A stretch of 64,000 nucleotides of DNA. It comes from Octopus sinensis. Its lineage: Eukaryota. The stretch covers positions 35,662,464 to 35,726,463 of the forward strand of contig NC_043011.1 of the NCBI RefSeq assembly GCF_006345805.1. The letters are read 5' to 3'. Below are positions 39,346 through 52,245 of this stretch, in pieces; the first letter of the stretch is position 1, and every line of letters begins with the position of its first letter. A program made the position numbers and the translations under genes. Under the pieces are notes generated by a model, which ran no database searches, was not told where the DNA came from, and saw only the letters and a list, made by a program, of their open reading frames with translations.

Positions 39346-40502
39346 TATAATGAAGCAAAATTTGATCAAATATTGAAATGTTAATGTCATTAGAGGTTGC
39401 TAGTAAGATTATTTTTTCAGGTTATTAATTTTATCTTTAGCAATTAAATAGTTTTTAAACATTTACATTGGTATTATGTTTTAATTGGTTTGTTCTCCGA
39501 TCGCAACCAAACATATTATTTGTGGAAATGTACATGATGCCATACTGGATCCAAACAAAGAACCCTACTCTTGGTGTAGCACTGATGAACTTTTATTAGC
39601 TTGGAGTACTGAGTTCAGATCATTCTTTTGAAATTATGTAGGCAGGAGTGGGCTCCATCATGTTGGCTTGATTAAAGGCTATCTCCATAATTTAATGGGA
39701 TAAAGAACTCTCCACATCTGGGGGTTTAATATGAAAATACAATGCAGGTGCTACCAGGTCAGCTAACCCCACCTCTCCTCACTGAAACCAAACATAGCTA
39801 AATTGTAGTTTAAGTACTATGTTCATATTTTGCTATCTCTGCCAAGATAATAATTCAACCAAAACAGTTCCTAATTTAATTAAAAGAGTGAATGCCCTAA
39901 TTGCTATTTGGTAAACTACCAAGATTTGACTTTCCAACACATGTAGTTTCCTTTAGGTGAAATAAAGTATGAAAACTTTAGCAACACTTGAAATTTAGAA
40001 TCAATATTTTTCCCTTATCCTTCAATGTTTTTGGTATGAGAGCAACGACTGTAGAACAACAATAATGTGTTCCTTATAAGATGAAAGCGTTGGAAAGAGA
40101 GAGTGGAAGAGGAGAATCTGTGAGAGAAAGAGATGGCTGTATGCCCGCATGTGTGCACACACGCATAAACACACAAACGAAAATCTGTTAAGAAAGCTAT
40201 GCATTCATAATTCATAATGTCATTTCAAATCCATGGGGTATTAAAGTTATCAGTTATGTTGCAACAAGAGAAATAGTTTTCGAGTGAAAAGAATATATTT
40301 AAAAGAAATCAGTTCGTTGTAGTGAACTGAGTTGGCAAGAAAATAATGGTATGGATCAACAATAACTTTACTTCTGGGACAGAACAACACTCTCTTCGAA
40401 GCATCATTGCGGACATACACAAATATGTCTATCCGTCTATCTAACTATAAAACGATGCACATAACATTTTGCAATGTATAGATAAATGCAAGTGGGCGTT
40501 TA

Positions 40503-40545
<43 letters not shown>

Positions 40546-40691
40546 ATTGAAATGGATAAATGAATTATCTTGTTACGGATTATTCAAAATTTAACCGATA
40601 CCTGGGTAGCAAAAATCACAACAGAATAAACACGGTTGAGGTTACGACCATGAGGTGTCGCAACCGTGCCTTAGCGCGGATAATGAAGTTT

Positions 40692-41038
40692 TATATATTT
40701 AGTGAAGGGAAGAAATGGAGCTGAACGAAGATTCTACAAAATTCCTTTTTATTATTTTCTACACATGTTTCAAAGGCTGCAAATTTCCAAATTCGGATTG
40801 AGTAAGGAGACCATTTTGCAGCTTTCTCTTCAGGAAAATCCGGAATTAAAATCTCCAAACAATTGCGCAGCAAGCTTTTCGAACAAAACGCTCCCTAGGA
40901 GCCCATGGTATGAAAATGGTCTCCTTACTCAATCCGAATTTGGAAATTTGCAGCCTTTGAAACATGTGTAGAAAATAATAAAAAGGAATTTTGTAGAATC
41001 TTCGTTCAGCTCCATTTCTTCCCTTCACTAAATATATA
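40692..41038. repeat. Inverted repeat, ~125-bp perfect arms with 95-bp spacer, in a TA run (MITE-like)
   Basis: 40692-40817 is the reverse complement of 40913-41038, and the ORF track shows the same peptide on both strands. Confidence 0.85.
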
Positions 41039-41360
41039 TATATATATATATATATCTGTGTGTATGTGTGTATGTATATATATATATATATATTATATAT
41101 ATATATATATATAATAATATATTATTATATATACATATATATATGTATATGTATGTTCAAATATAAAATAGTAGCAGCGCTAGGTAATATACATTATCAA
41201 GTACGTATACTTAACGTACATCGCCTGTGTATTTGCCGTTAGGCTGCGATTGGCGGCATTAACACCTGGCTTTTGAGGCAGTGTTCTCTGTTACGCCATA
41301 GCGCAGCCTACAGGCAAATACACGTAGCATATATACATTAAGTATATGTTGTAGATAATG

Positions 41361-41401
<41 letters not shown>

Positions 41402-42084
41402 TAATCGATGTGTACAGTATTATACATTCATTTTGTCGTACCTACAGAACCCATCAGGATTATAACCACCAGTTCTCCATCTTTGGCTCTTTCACCACTA
41501 AAACCTGACAACCCGTTAATCAGTGTATACAAAATATACACAAACGAACACACAGATCTCAAAGATGGAGCCTTGTATCTTTGTTGGAAACCGGCTCCCT
41601 CCACAGTGGAAGATTTGTAATAATCAAAAAATAGAAGACACACACACACATACATACATACATACATGCATACATACATACATACATACATACATACATA
41701 CATACATACATGCATACATACATACATACATACATACATACATACATGCATACATACATACATACATACATACATACATACATACATACATACATACATA
41801 CATAAGTGTTTGTGCGTTTGCACGCGTGTGTATGTGTGTGCAAATGTACAACTGTATATTTATTCATCCAGCCATGCGTACATACAAACATACGCACATA
41901 CAATCATAACCAAGAAGGAAGGCAAGTACTTTCTGTTCTGTTCGCTTTAAGAAGTTTTCGCGGATTGATCTTCGAAATCAGTAAAAAATCATTTGTTTGA
42001 TATTGCAACGGAAAATATTATTTAAGACTGTTATTGCGACATTGTGAAATATTGTTAACCGTTCTAGTTAATGCTGGTTCCAGT

Positions 42085-42800
42085 TTACACGGTGTTTTTT
42101 AGGGTTTGTTTTTCTAGTTTATACGAGATACAAGCAAATGCTTTCTCGTTTCCGTTTGGTTCTTCGTTGGTTTGATTTTGCATTTCATTTGGTTTTTCTT
42201 TATGGTGTTGGTATATTCTAATTAAAGGCGTCTCTTCCCGATCTGTAATTGGACCTGTGTATCTTGCGTTGCTTTTTTGGATGCGTTTTCTTTTTTTAAT
42301 GTGTCTATAATTATTTTGTATCTCTGCTGGTGATTTTCGTGCTGTTTTAATTCTGTAAACTTTGTTGATTCTGTTTCTTGGTTGAAGCATTTCCATTCTG
42401 TATTCTTGTTCTTCAATTCCCCCCCCCCCATCCACCGAAATTGTGTGTTTTCTTTCTTTCTGTTTATATGAGAATATACTGTGATAATATGTGATATGTG
42501 GTCTAAGGGAAGTTAGGGGATTATTTGTCAAGTAATTGTGGTAGTTAGGTGTGTAGAGTAGAACGTGATGTCAGTAGATAGGTTGGTGCTGCTGGCTTCG
42601 TGAAGTAGGTGTATGTGCTGGTGAGAAATGTTTAGGATGTGAAGGGATGCTGCTTATGTTGATATGATGTAACTTCTCTTGTAATCTATAGAATTCAAGC
42701 TTGTCTGTGAAAGCTATATATTTCTTTGGAAACATCACTAATGAGGCTACTGCTGTGGAATTAATGATTGGACACAACTCAACTTATGTCAGGTGCATGT
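42085..42800 (-). mobile_element. Decayed LINE APE-endonuclease C-terminus and linker
   Basis: STDITFYS..L..IT*Q..LPLDHI (SDH-like) followed by NTEWKCF (xNWxxF-like), with multiple stops. Confidence 0.45.
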
Positions 42801-42864
42801 TAAGACAGATAAGTTAGATACAATTTCAAAAATATGTTAATTGTATGTTTATATATATATATAA

Positions 42865-43011
42865 GCGCAGGTGTGGCTGTGTGATAAGAACCTTGCTTCT
42901 CATCCAGGTGGTTCTGGGTTCAGTGCGTGGCACTGCGCAGCACTTTAGGCAAGTGTCTTCTACTATAGCCTCGGGCCGACCAAAGTCAAGCCCATCATAC
43001 ACACGCACACA

Positions 43012-43065
<54 letters not shown>

Positions 43066-43305
43066 AACACACACACACACACACACATATATAAATGTGT
43101 GTGTGTGTGTGTGTGTTAGTTCCCCCACCATCACCGGTGTTGGTGTTCTTTGATCTCCGTAAACTAGCGGTTCGGCAAAAGAGACGGCTAGAATAAATAC
43201 TAGGCTTTAAAAATAAGTCCTGGGGCCGATTTGTTCGACTAAAACACTTCAAGGCGGGTGCTACAGTAGGGCCGCAGTCAAATGACTCTGAAACAAGTAA
43301 AATAA
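42865..43305 (+). mobile_element. SINE family A variant copy
   Basis: Head, long (CA)n/(TG)n core and tail present. Confidence 0.75.
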
Positions 43306-43312
43306 TAAAATA

Positions 43313-43371
<59 letters not shown>

Positions 43372-44194
43372 GTATATATACATACATACATATATAAATA
43401 TATATGTATATATATTTATGTATATATGCATATACGTATAAAATATATGTATATTTGTGTATATATATATGTACATGTATATATATGTATATATATATAT
43501 ATATATGTATGTATATATATATATGTATAAATGAAACAAAAACAATAGAGGACAATAAAACATCCGGACAATAGACAAGAGAAACAACAATTAGAAGGAT
43601 AAGGAAAAAAGGACGGGCCATTCGTGGCCTTTTTCTTCAGTCAATTTACCAGATATCGTTAGCGTTTCGGGCAGTTATACATGAGACAGTTCGAACTGGT
43701 TGCCCCACTAAAGGTCTCAGCATTGGATCTTTTTGTAAGAAAGCTAACGAATGTGTACGGCAAAAGGACAAAATCCGGAGAACATAGTATACAATTACAA
43801 ATACAGACAACAAGAACATAACAACAGGTGTCTTTCGGCTGAGAACGAATCAAATTGAGCTAGCGTGTATGAAGTGAAAGCCTAATGGCAGGAACATAGG
43901 CGATGGTAGGCAGAAAGAAAGATCATGGCTAGCCGGACACCAGTCACGTGGACGGAGGAGAGAGGGGCAGATGCTCCAGTATGGTCGCAGTTAAATGACT
44001 GAAACAAGTAAAAGAATATACACACACACATATTTGCGAACATGCAGACACATATATGGTTAATATATTAACGTGTTTTGTGCTGTTGGCATTACTTAAA
44101 AACTTGTATTTATAGTGTAGCGTTGTTTCCCATTAGTTTTCGAATGTGATTTGTAATAGCTAAACATTGAAAAAACATTATTCAGTGCGTATTA

Positions 44195-44390
44195 TAAGTC
44201 GCCTGGACCGGGCGACACGTTGTGTTCTTCAGCAAAACACCTCCATTCACGTTGCTCCAGTCCACTCAGCTGGCAAAAATGAGTAACGCTGCGATGGACT
44301 GGCGTCCCGTCCAGCTTGGGAACACATACGCCATAGAAACCGGGAAACCGGGCCCATGAGCTTGGCTAGGCTTTAAAAGGGCGCATTTAT
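44195..44390 (+). mobile_element. SINE family C copy (others at 12790-13142, 28955-29248, 29625-29822, 56705-56970, 58790-59095, 60395-60720, 61135-61605)
   Basis: GCGATGGACTGGCGTCCCGTCCAG resembles the V-SINE central motif, with a CORE-like tgtgttcttgagcaaaacac block. Confidence 0.7.
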
Positions 44391-44491
44391 TATTATTTTT
44401 TTTATTTACAGGAGTTAGCTTGGAAGTCTCAAACATGGTTGTTCAATTTGCAAGAAATCGTAGTCAGTTCATTCACAAATACTACACTACC

Positions 44492-44910
44492 AGGCGCTGG
44501 AGTGGCTGTGTGGTAAGTAGCTTGCTAACCAACCATATGGTTCTGGGTTCAGTCCCACTGCGTGGCATCTTGGGCAAGTGTCTTCTGCTATAGCCCCGGG
44601 CCGACCAATGCCTTGTGAGTGGATTTGGTAGACGGAAATTGAAAGAAGCCTGTCGTATATATGTATATATATATATATATATGTATACGTATGTGTGTTT
44701 GTGTGTCTGTGTTTGTCCCCCTAGCATTGCTTGACAACCGATGCTGGTGTGTTTATGTCCCCGTTACTTAGCGGTTCGGCAAAAGAGACCGATAGAATAA
44801 GTACTGGGCTTACAAAAGAATAAGTCCTGGGGTCGAGTTACTCGATTAAAGGCGGTGCTCCAGCATGGCCGCAGTCATATGACTGAAACAAGTAAAAGAG
44901 TAAAAGAGTA
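44492..44910 (+). mobile_element. SINE family A copy
   Basis: Full-length similarity. Confidence 0.85.
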
Positions 44911-45054
44911 CCACTGACAAAAATGGTTAAGCATACAATCGTTCGATTTATGGTTGACATACCTGTAGTAACAATTTTGTTTATTTAGAAGACGAAGGTA
45001 TACTAAAATTATTCAGCATGGTGACAATATTAGCTTCGTACGTGGCGAAGTAAA

Positions 45055-45102
45055 ATGTGTGAAGACATCAATATCGTGAAAAAGAAAAAAAAAATTATTG
45101 CG
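45055..45102 (+). CDS. Possible first exon (ATG to phase-0 donor), MCEDINIVKKKKKIIA, or a non-coding 5' exon
   Basis: GCG|gtaagt donor at 45103 in CpG-normal unique DNA, phase-compatible with 45863. Peptide composition is unconvincing. Confidence 0.15.
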
Positions 45103-45449
45103 GTAAGTCGTGATTTCAGTCATTTGTAACGTTTCTTTTCCCTCTCCTATCCATATTCATAATACACAATAAATTTCTTAACCTTTTCGTTTAAAGTTAC
45201 ATTCGGTTACTACGTCAGACAGCACTCTACTAAATTCCACATGTGTTTCTACATGCAAACATGTCCTCAGCATGTAAACAAATTCAAACAGATATATACA
45301 TATGCACATATATGCATACATGTATACCTATATGTGTACATAAGTGTATATATATATATATATATATATATGACTATTCATATATGAACTGACATATACA
45401 TACGCACAGACTTACAATCACGCATGTATGTGTCTATATATGTGTGTGA

Positions 45450-45543
<94 letters not shown>

Positions 45544-45775
45544 TATGCATGAATAGCTATACTATACATGTATACATGTATGTCTGTGTATATATGAAGA
45601 TGTGTATATGTATATATACATATATACATAGATGTGTATATATATATAAATACATATATAGATATATATATGTATATATATATATGCATTTATATATATA
45701 TAAGCATATATAACTATACTTATACAGTTACATACATATATATATATATGTGTCTGTGTGTGTGCGTGAGTGCGC

Positions 45776-45824
<49 letters not shown>

Positions 45825-45862
45825 CTTACACACGCACACAGTAAAGATGTGTTTTGAGACAG

Positions 45863-45932
45863 CTTAAAAAACAACAGGTAGCAGTTACTGATAAAGTACT
45901 CGATGTAAATGTAGAGGCTAAAAATTTTACTT
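45863..45932 (+). CDS. Possible upstream coding exon (phase 0 to 1), [23 protein letters not shown]
   Basis: Weak acceptor gttttgagacag and donor gtaagt at 45933. Open frame, phase-compatible with 52218. Confidence 0.25.
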
Positions 45933-46031
45933 GTAAGTAACGGAGGTTGATTGTGACTTCAAAGTTTTGCCGGCAGCAGCTCGTGAGTTAGTGGCTGTTG
46001 TCGAGGTTTGGGAATCGAAGCCGCCCGGCAT
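45931..46031 (-). CDS. Candidate first coding exon, MPGGFDSQTSTTATNSRAAAGKTLKSQSTSVTY(N), phase 2
   Basis: Locally GC/CpG-rich unique segment, ggaaATG start, S/T-rich open frame, donor AA|gtaaaa. Confidence 0.35.
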
Positions 46032-46853
46032 TTCCTTCGACTTCACACAAGCACGCACAGACAGAGACAGACAAACAGACACACACACTAGAATATGTGT
46101 ATACATACATATATACACATGTATACACACACGTACATAAATAAACACATACACTTAGACAAACATAGATGCAGATATATACAAATGTACTAATCTGTAT
46201 GCATCCGCATAACAGCATATATACATACATACATATATACATGCACAAACACACACACAATATATATATGATCTGATTTTATTTTTGTAAATCTAATCTT
46301 GTGTTTATTATTGTTGGTATAACAACTCTGCGTAGACAAAACAAGATTTGTTTCAACACGCAAATCCACATAAAACATCTTGCTGCAAAATCTTGTAAAT
46401 GTAAAGTTTTACATAAGAACACTCGAACATCGAGGATGACTCACTATTTTTCAGTACAGTTCCATATCATATTCATTTAACTTCACAAGAAGATCGATAG
46501 GAACTTCGAATTTAGGTTTGAATTTACCCTGAAGCTTTACTTTATAGAAAAAATCAAATCAAAAGGCATATGTATTTTACACACACTCTCACACACACAC
46601 ACATAAATATATATAAGTATATATGTATATATACATTTAAATGTGTGTGTGTGTTTAGTACACTGTGTAACGAAATGTTTAGAATTTCTAGAAATCAAAG
46701 GAAATAACTACTATTCCCCCAAACTTTGCTTTTGTGACCTGGACATCAATGTTTTGAAACTGACCTATTTCCCATTACATTTCAGACAGATTCAACACTG
46801 AGTAGCTGAAACAAAAATATCATCATAACAAATATTCTGTTCAATACCACATA

Positions 46854-47083
46854 CAGTAACCCCTCGCCACATCGCGTTTCACTTATCGCGGTTTATTATT
46901 TAAGCTTATGCCGATTCCTCCGCGGTGTTGCTTTGTATTTATAATAAAATAAATATATACAAATTATAAATATAATGGAAAAAAAATATATATATACAGT
47001 ACAGTACTGTTTCTACTTCGCGGATTTTCACCTATCGCGGGGATTTTTGGAACGTAACAACCGCGATAGTCGAGGGGTTACTG
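46854..47083. mobile_element. Tigger/pogo-like MITE, 13-bp TIR CAGTAACCCCTCG, TA TSD
   Basis: TA-CAGTAACCCCTCG ... CGAGGGGTTACTG-TA. Confidence 0.85.
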
Positions 47084-47139
47084 TATTTGCTAGTGAATTG
47101 CTTGATCACACTATGTGCATCTCCCATCACGAGCTGGAG

Positions 47140-47388
47140 TAGTGGGAAAACATCACCACCATGTTTCGAGAGGAACTCTTTGGTGTTTCAATAAATTAAC
47201 AAACGCAAAGTTTCAAGGTAATGTTTGCCATTTTTCATACTGTCTTGGGGTAAGCAAACAAGAAATAATAGTTGCTACCCAAGGATAATAAGAAAAATGG
47301 CTAACGTTTCCTTGAAACTTTGCTTTTGTTAATTTACTGAAAGACCAAAGAATTCCTCTCAGCACATGGTTGTGATGTTTCCCCACTA
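47140..47388. repeat. Imperfect ~250-bp foldback element with TA ends
   Basis: tagtgggaaaacatcac ... gtgatgtttccccacta. Confidence 0.75.
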
Positions 47389-47401
47389 TATCTATATATA
47401 T

Positions 47402-47440
<39 letters not shown>

Positions 47441-48179
47441 GAGTTAGCGGTTATAGTAACAGACTAAGGGATAAAATATCCGTATATACTATCGGTATCC
47501 GTTAACTGTATTACCCCTGGTCATTGGTGAGCAGACACACCATACACGTAGATTGCAGATAACAACTGGATAAATAAGAGTTTATCAGGAACCAATGCAA
47601 ATAATTAGAAAATGGAGAAAACCACAGATTAACCAACACATCGATTGGACCACATTTATAGCTTATTTTTTAATACAAAGCATAAAATAAGAAAATAGGT
47701 GACGTAACTTATCTTGCGGCTGTTACTGATCGGATTGCCAAAATGCAGTCTATGAATAAATGCGAGGATAAAGTTCTTTATCTCCATAGGGCATATGAAT
47801 TAAGGCAACGGAGCTTCTTCATAGTGAAAAACAAGAGCATACAGCATAACCAAAAGGAAGATGGAAAAGGAAAGAAAACATGGCTTAGACAAATAGTCTA
47901 GGAGCCCAATATGTTAAGAACAAATAATTTATCATCAGAGGCTACAGAGTCGGTAGTTAAAAGAGTGAGCTAGTAATGATCTAGGGAATACTACAATTTA
48001 TTGACGAGTAGATGCAATTAGAAGGCGGGGGGTGTCAGAATGCTTAAAAAAAAAAAGAAGTTATAGTTTTGTGAAAACTGTGGTTTTCTCCATTTTTCTT
48101 ATTATATATATATATATTATACACACATATATACAAACGCCACACACGTATATACGTATATATATGTAATTTATATATA

Positions 48180-48221
<42 letters not shown>

Positions 48222-48590
48222 CATATGTATGTAAGTATGTATATGCGAAGGTTTTTGTTAAGCAGTTCTGTAAATAATGATAATAATAATGTATAAAGGC
48301 CAAAACTATGTGAAGTAAATGCAAGGTAAACCACAAGAAAACAAATATGTGAATTAATGTAGACTTACCTTGTATTCAATATTTCGGGGTTATGACCCCA
48401 TTTTCAAGAAATTGACGATTGTTGCCGATGTGAGTGTGTGTGAAATTTATAGGTGATGGCCGTTATAAGTTTAATGACTAGAGAAAATAGTCTGATATGT
48501 TTTTACCCTCGAAGGTTTATATGCCCCAATAATATTCTATTTTCTTTAGTCGTTTCACGGTGATCGCTTATATGCTTTAAGCTTATAAAA

Positions 48591-48630
<40 letters not shown>

Positions 48631-48679
48631 TACAGAACATGTATATATATATAATGTGTGTGTGTGTGTCTATGTATAT

Positions 48680-49044
48680 ATATTCTTTATTTGTTTCGGT
48701 TACTGGACTGCGGCCATGCTGGAGCACCTCCTCGAGTCGAACAAATCGACCCAAGGGCATATTCTTTGTAAGCCTACTACTTATTTTATCGGTCTCTTTT
48801 GCCGCTAAGTTAGGGGGACGTAAACACACCAACATTGGTTGTTAAGCGATGGTGGGGGTACAAACACGGACACGCTAACACACATACACACACACACGGC
48901 GGGATTCTTTCAATTTCCGTCTACCAAGTCTACCCACAAGGCTTTGGTCGGCTTGAGGATATAATAGAAGGTTCTACGCAGTGGGACCGAACCCAGAACC
49001 ATGTGTTTAGGAAGCAAGCTTCTTACCACACAGCCACGCCTGCG

Positions 49045-49046
<2 letters not shown>
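48680..49046 (-). mobile_element. SINE family A copy with small deletions
   Basis: Tail and head blocks recognisable. Confidence 0.75.
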
Positions 49047-49115
<69 letters not shown>

Positions 49116-49580
49116 ATTGATATATATATATATAGATATATTCTATATATAATATAAATATTATTTATATGTAATATAGATATATAATATGGTATAACTA
49201 TATATTTATATGTATATATATATATATATGTATAAATATATATTTATATGTATATATATTATATATGGCTTATATTATTATCCTTTAAGTAGTACATTTC
49301 TCGTTAGCAACTGTGCTAAGCCAGTTCTTAAAAGAACATTTTGGATATTGATGATCAGTCGAAAACTGACAGGGATAGAGGCAAGCCATTCATAAATAAG
49401 TCGAAAATAATGTGGACAAGAAAATAGAAATAGTAATTTTCTTCTTTATAGGTCACAACTTGACCAAAGAGGATTGTAAACACGAAGAGCTAAAATATAA
49501 TATCATACTCTCTGCTTGTATGTCTCTCTCTGTCTCTTTTCTCTCTCTCCCTCTCCGTGTCTCTCTCTGTATGCATGCAT

Positions 49581-49619
<39 letters not shown>

Positions 49620-50419
49620 GTGTGTGTGTGTGTGCGTGTATCATATAAAGAAGTAAAAACGGGAGCTATGAAATTGATTTATGAAAGTAAAATGACACGG
49701 GAGATAAAAAAGTTAAACATTTATAAGGAGGATTCATAAAACATCAATTTCGAAGGAAAATTAAATAGAAAAATATCACAGGAACTTAACGAAATTACTA
49801 CGAGTATTGAACACAAGAAAAACCCTCATAAATATTGCTCTAGGCGTTTTTATAGTAGTTGACTGATCTTGCAGAGAGAAATAATGCAACGTCCATGTTA
49901 AGGAAGCTTTTTGTGTAGAGGTGTACTGTTAAAGATAAATTTTCGTACAATACTTTCACAAGACGCTAACGAAATCGAATTATGAAATTAACGTCTAGTA
50001 TATGATGGATACAACGGCGAATTGGCAGGGTAGCGTTAGGCAGAGTGCCTCGTGGTATTTATTCTAAAGCCCACTGTGGTCTGATTCCAAATCCCTCTGA
50101 AACCAAGGTTGCTATTCATTCTTGCGGCGATAATAAATAAATGCATCAATCAAATACTAGAGGAGACTATCTTCTTTCTCACTCTTTACATGCACCGATC
50201 CATCCACACCCGTACATATAAGTATGTCTGCATCTCTGTGTTTCTCTCTCTTTACATACATACACACACATCTCTCTCTCTATATATACATCTATATATA
50301 TAAATATTTAAAATTGAGGATAAAATCTTTATAAGAAATTATCAGTAGTTAGCGTGAAAAACCTCGTAAGAGAAAAAATCTGTAGATAATTCCACTTTGA
50401 AAATATTTATTTATATTAA

Positions 50420-50692
50420 ATAGAGGGTACTATTATTCATAGGTACCGCACGCTAGGAGGGACTTTTGCAGTCAAAACTACTAAAATAAACAAATTGTAC
50501 CGAATGCAAAACTTCAAAGCAAGTCATTTAAAACAGAATTTAGTTACATATCACCTGTGATTTGTAACTAAATTCTGTTTTTAATGACTTGCTTTGAAGT
50601 TTTGCCATTCGGTACAATTTGTTTATTTTAGTAGTTTTGACTGCAAAAGTCCCTCCTATCGTGCAGTACCTATGAATAACAGTACCCTCTAT
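50420..50692. repeat. Near-perfect palindrome, ~135-bp arms, 2-nt loop
   Basis: Centre atcac-ct-gtgat at 50550-50561, with few mismatches. Confidence 0.9.
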
Positions 50693-51003
50693 ATAATATA
50701 TTATATATATATATATATTATATTATATATATATATATATATATATACGATATAATATATATATATATTATCTATCTATCTCTATATATATGTATGTATA
50801 AAAGACATGCTGTGTCATCTTACCCTTTTAGAGGATTTAAGTAAAATTATAGAAATGTGTCCAACTGCTTAAATTAATTCTATTTATTTATACAGCTGTG
50901 GATAGCTCTCCATTTAAATTGATGTAATGATTGCATTGTCCAATGAAATGGAGCCGCTTGAAACGGTAATACTGTATCACCTTTGGATATCCTGTTGCTT
51001 AAT

Positions 51004-51038
<35 letters not shown>

Positions 51039-51134
51039 ATACACATGTATATATATACACACACACATATATATGTATGCATATACATATGTATACACGC
51101 ATACACACATTCAGACACACACACACTCACACAC

Positions 51135-51172
<38 letters not shown>

Positions 51173-51179
51173 CACACAC

Positions 51180-51445
51180 AAGGCTTGAATGGCACCCATT
51201 TTTCGCTTCGCACACCCGTGCTCTTTTCAACACTTGCACCATAAAGCACCTAAAAGAGTTTCAGAGCCCACTTCTCAGATTTCTCTATTAATGCTCTCCT
51301 TCAGTTGCACCAGTGTCTCCGTTTTTTGATGTAAACCCTCCTTTTCAGGTATCCCCAGAAGAACAAATCTAGCGGGTCAAGTCTGGGGAACGTGAAGGCC
51401 ATTCAAAGAAAATCCTCACACATGGTTCCAGTAAGATGGGACAAC
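51180..51445 (-). mobile_element. Tc1/mariner-superfamily transposase relic (C-terminal DDE/D region)
   Basis: WPSRSPDLT-(1-nt deletion)-LDLFFWGYLKRRVY and a terminal RARVCEAKNGCH resembling RxxxCxxxNGGHFE. Confidence 0.7.
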
Positions 51446-51463
51446 TGCTCGTATATAGACTTG

Positions 51464-51503
<40 letters not shown>

Positions 51504-52217
51504 AATTCTTCAGGCAGAATTTTCCTGGAGGGTATATCAGCCGAAACGTTGTGTTAACAACAAACAAGATGAGGACAAATATCCATCGAATGTAAATAAT
51601 GTAAACACTATGTAGAGTTCAGCATTATATTAAAGGGGAACAGTTCGTTAACATGGATCCTGATACTTCAACAGTGAAAACCTGTGTTACATTAACATGG
51701 ACGATACCCAACATATTCTAGAGGCAGGTGACGTACTTAAGACGCGTATGGAAATAATCTTCAGTTATTTTCAATTAGCAGGTCAATCCTTTCTCCACCA
51801 CAACCGTTCACTCCCACCAATATTTCAGATATTTTTTCACTATTATGTGTTGATTCAAACAGAGAACACAGAAACGAATGAATTATGAATTAGCTGACAT
51901 GGAAATATAAACATAAATATAAATTTTCTTCTGTTTAAAGAAAATATTTGTTCTTTTAAAAACCACTTTGCAAAGATAAAGGGAAAAAAATATTACATCT
52001 CTTTCCAGTAAGTAGCTTGTCAAAATGAGGCGTTATATTTGATGTAGATGCTGCAATGTGTCTTCCAAATGTCCATTCCTTAGAGACTAATGTTTCTTGC
52101 TTTTTCTCCTTTTTTTTTCTTTTCTTATGCTTCCATCTATTTATTTTCTAGATTTTGAGTGAAATACTGTCTAAATCTCTGAGATGATTTGTTTTTAATA
52201 CGATTATAATTTTTCAG

Positions 52218-52245
52218 ATGAAGAGAAAATCAAACTGAAGGAAAC
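52218..52245 (+). CDS. Candidate 28-nt internal coding exon (phase 1 to 2), (D/Y)EEKIKLKET, of an unidentified plus-strand gene
   Basis: Strong acceptor tataatttttcag and perfect donor gtaagt. Only the phase-1 frame is open, and its end phase matches the exon at 61015. Confidence 0.5.

Noticed and set aside
48366-48412. Minus-strand donor AAG|gtaagt and a hammerhead-like TTGAAAA-T-GGGG..CCCC-GAAA (U3/A8-type)
   Set aside because: Stem I does not pair and stem III is only 2 bp. It looks like a decayed Penelope-type terminus, and no acceptor was found for an exon.
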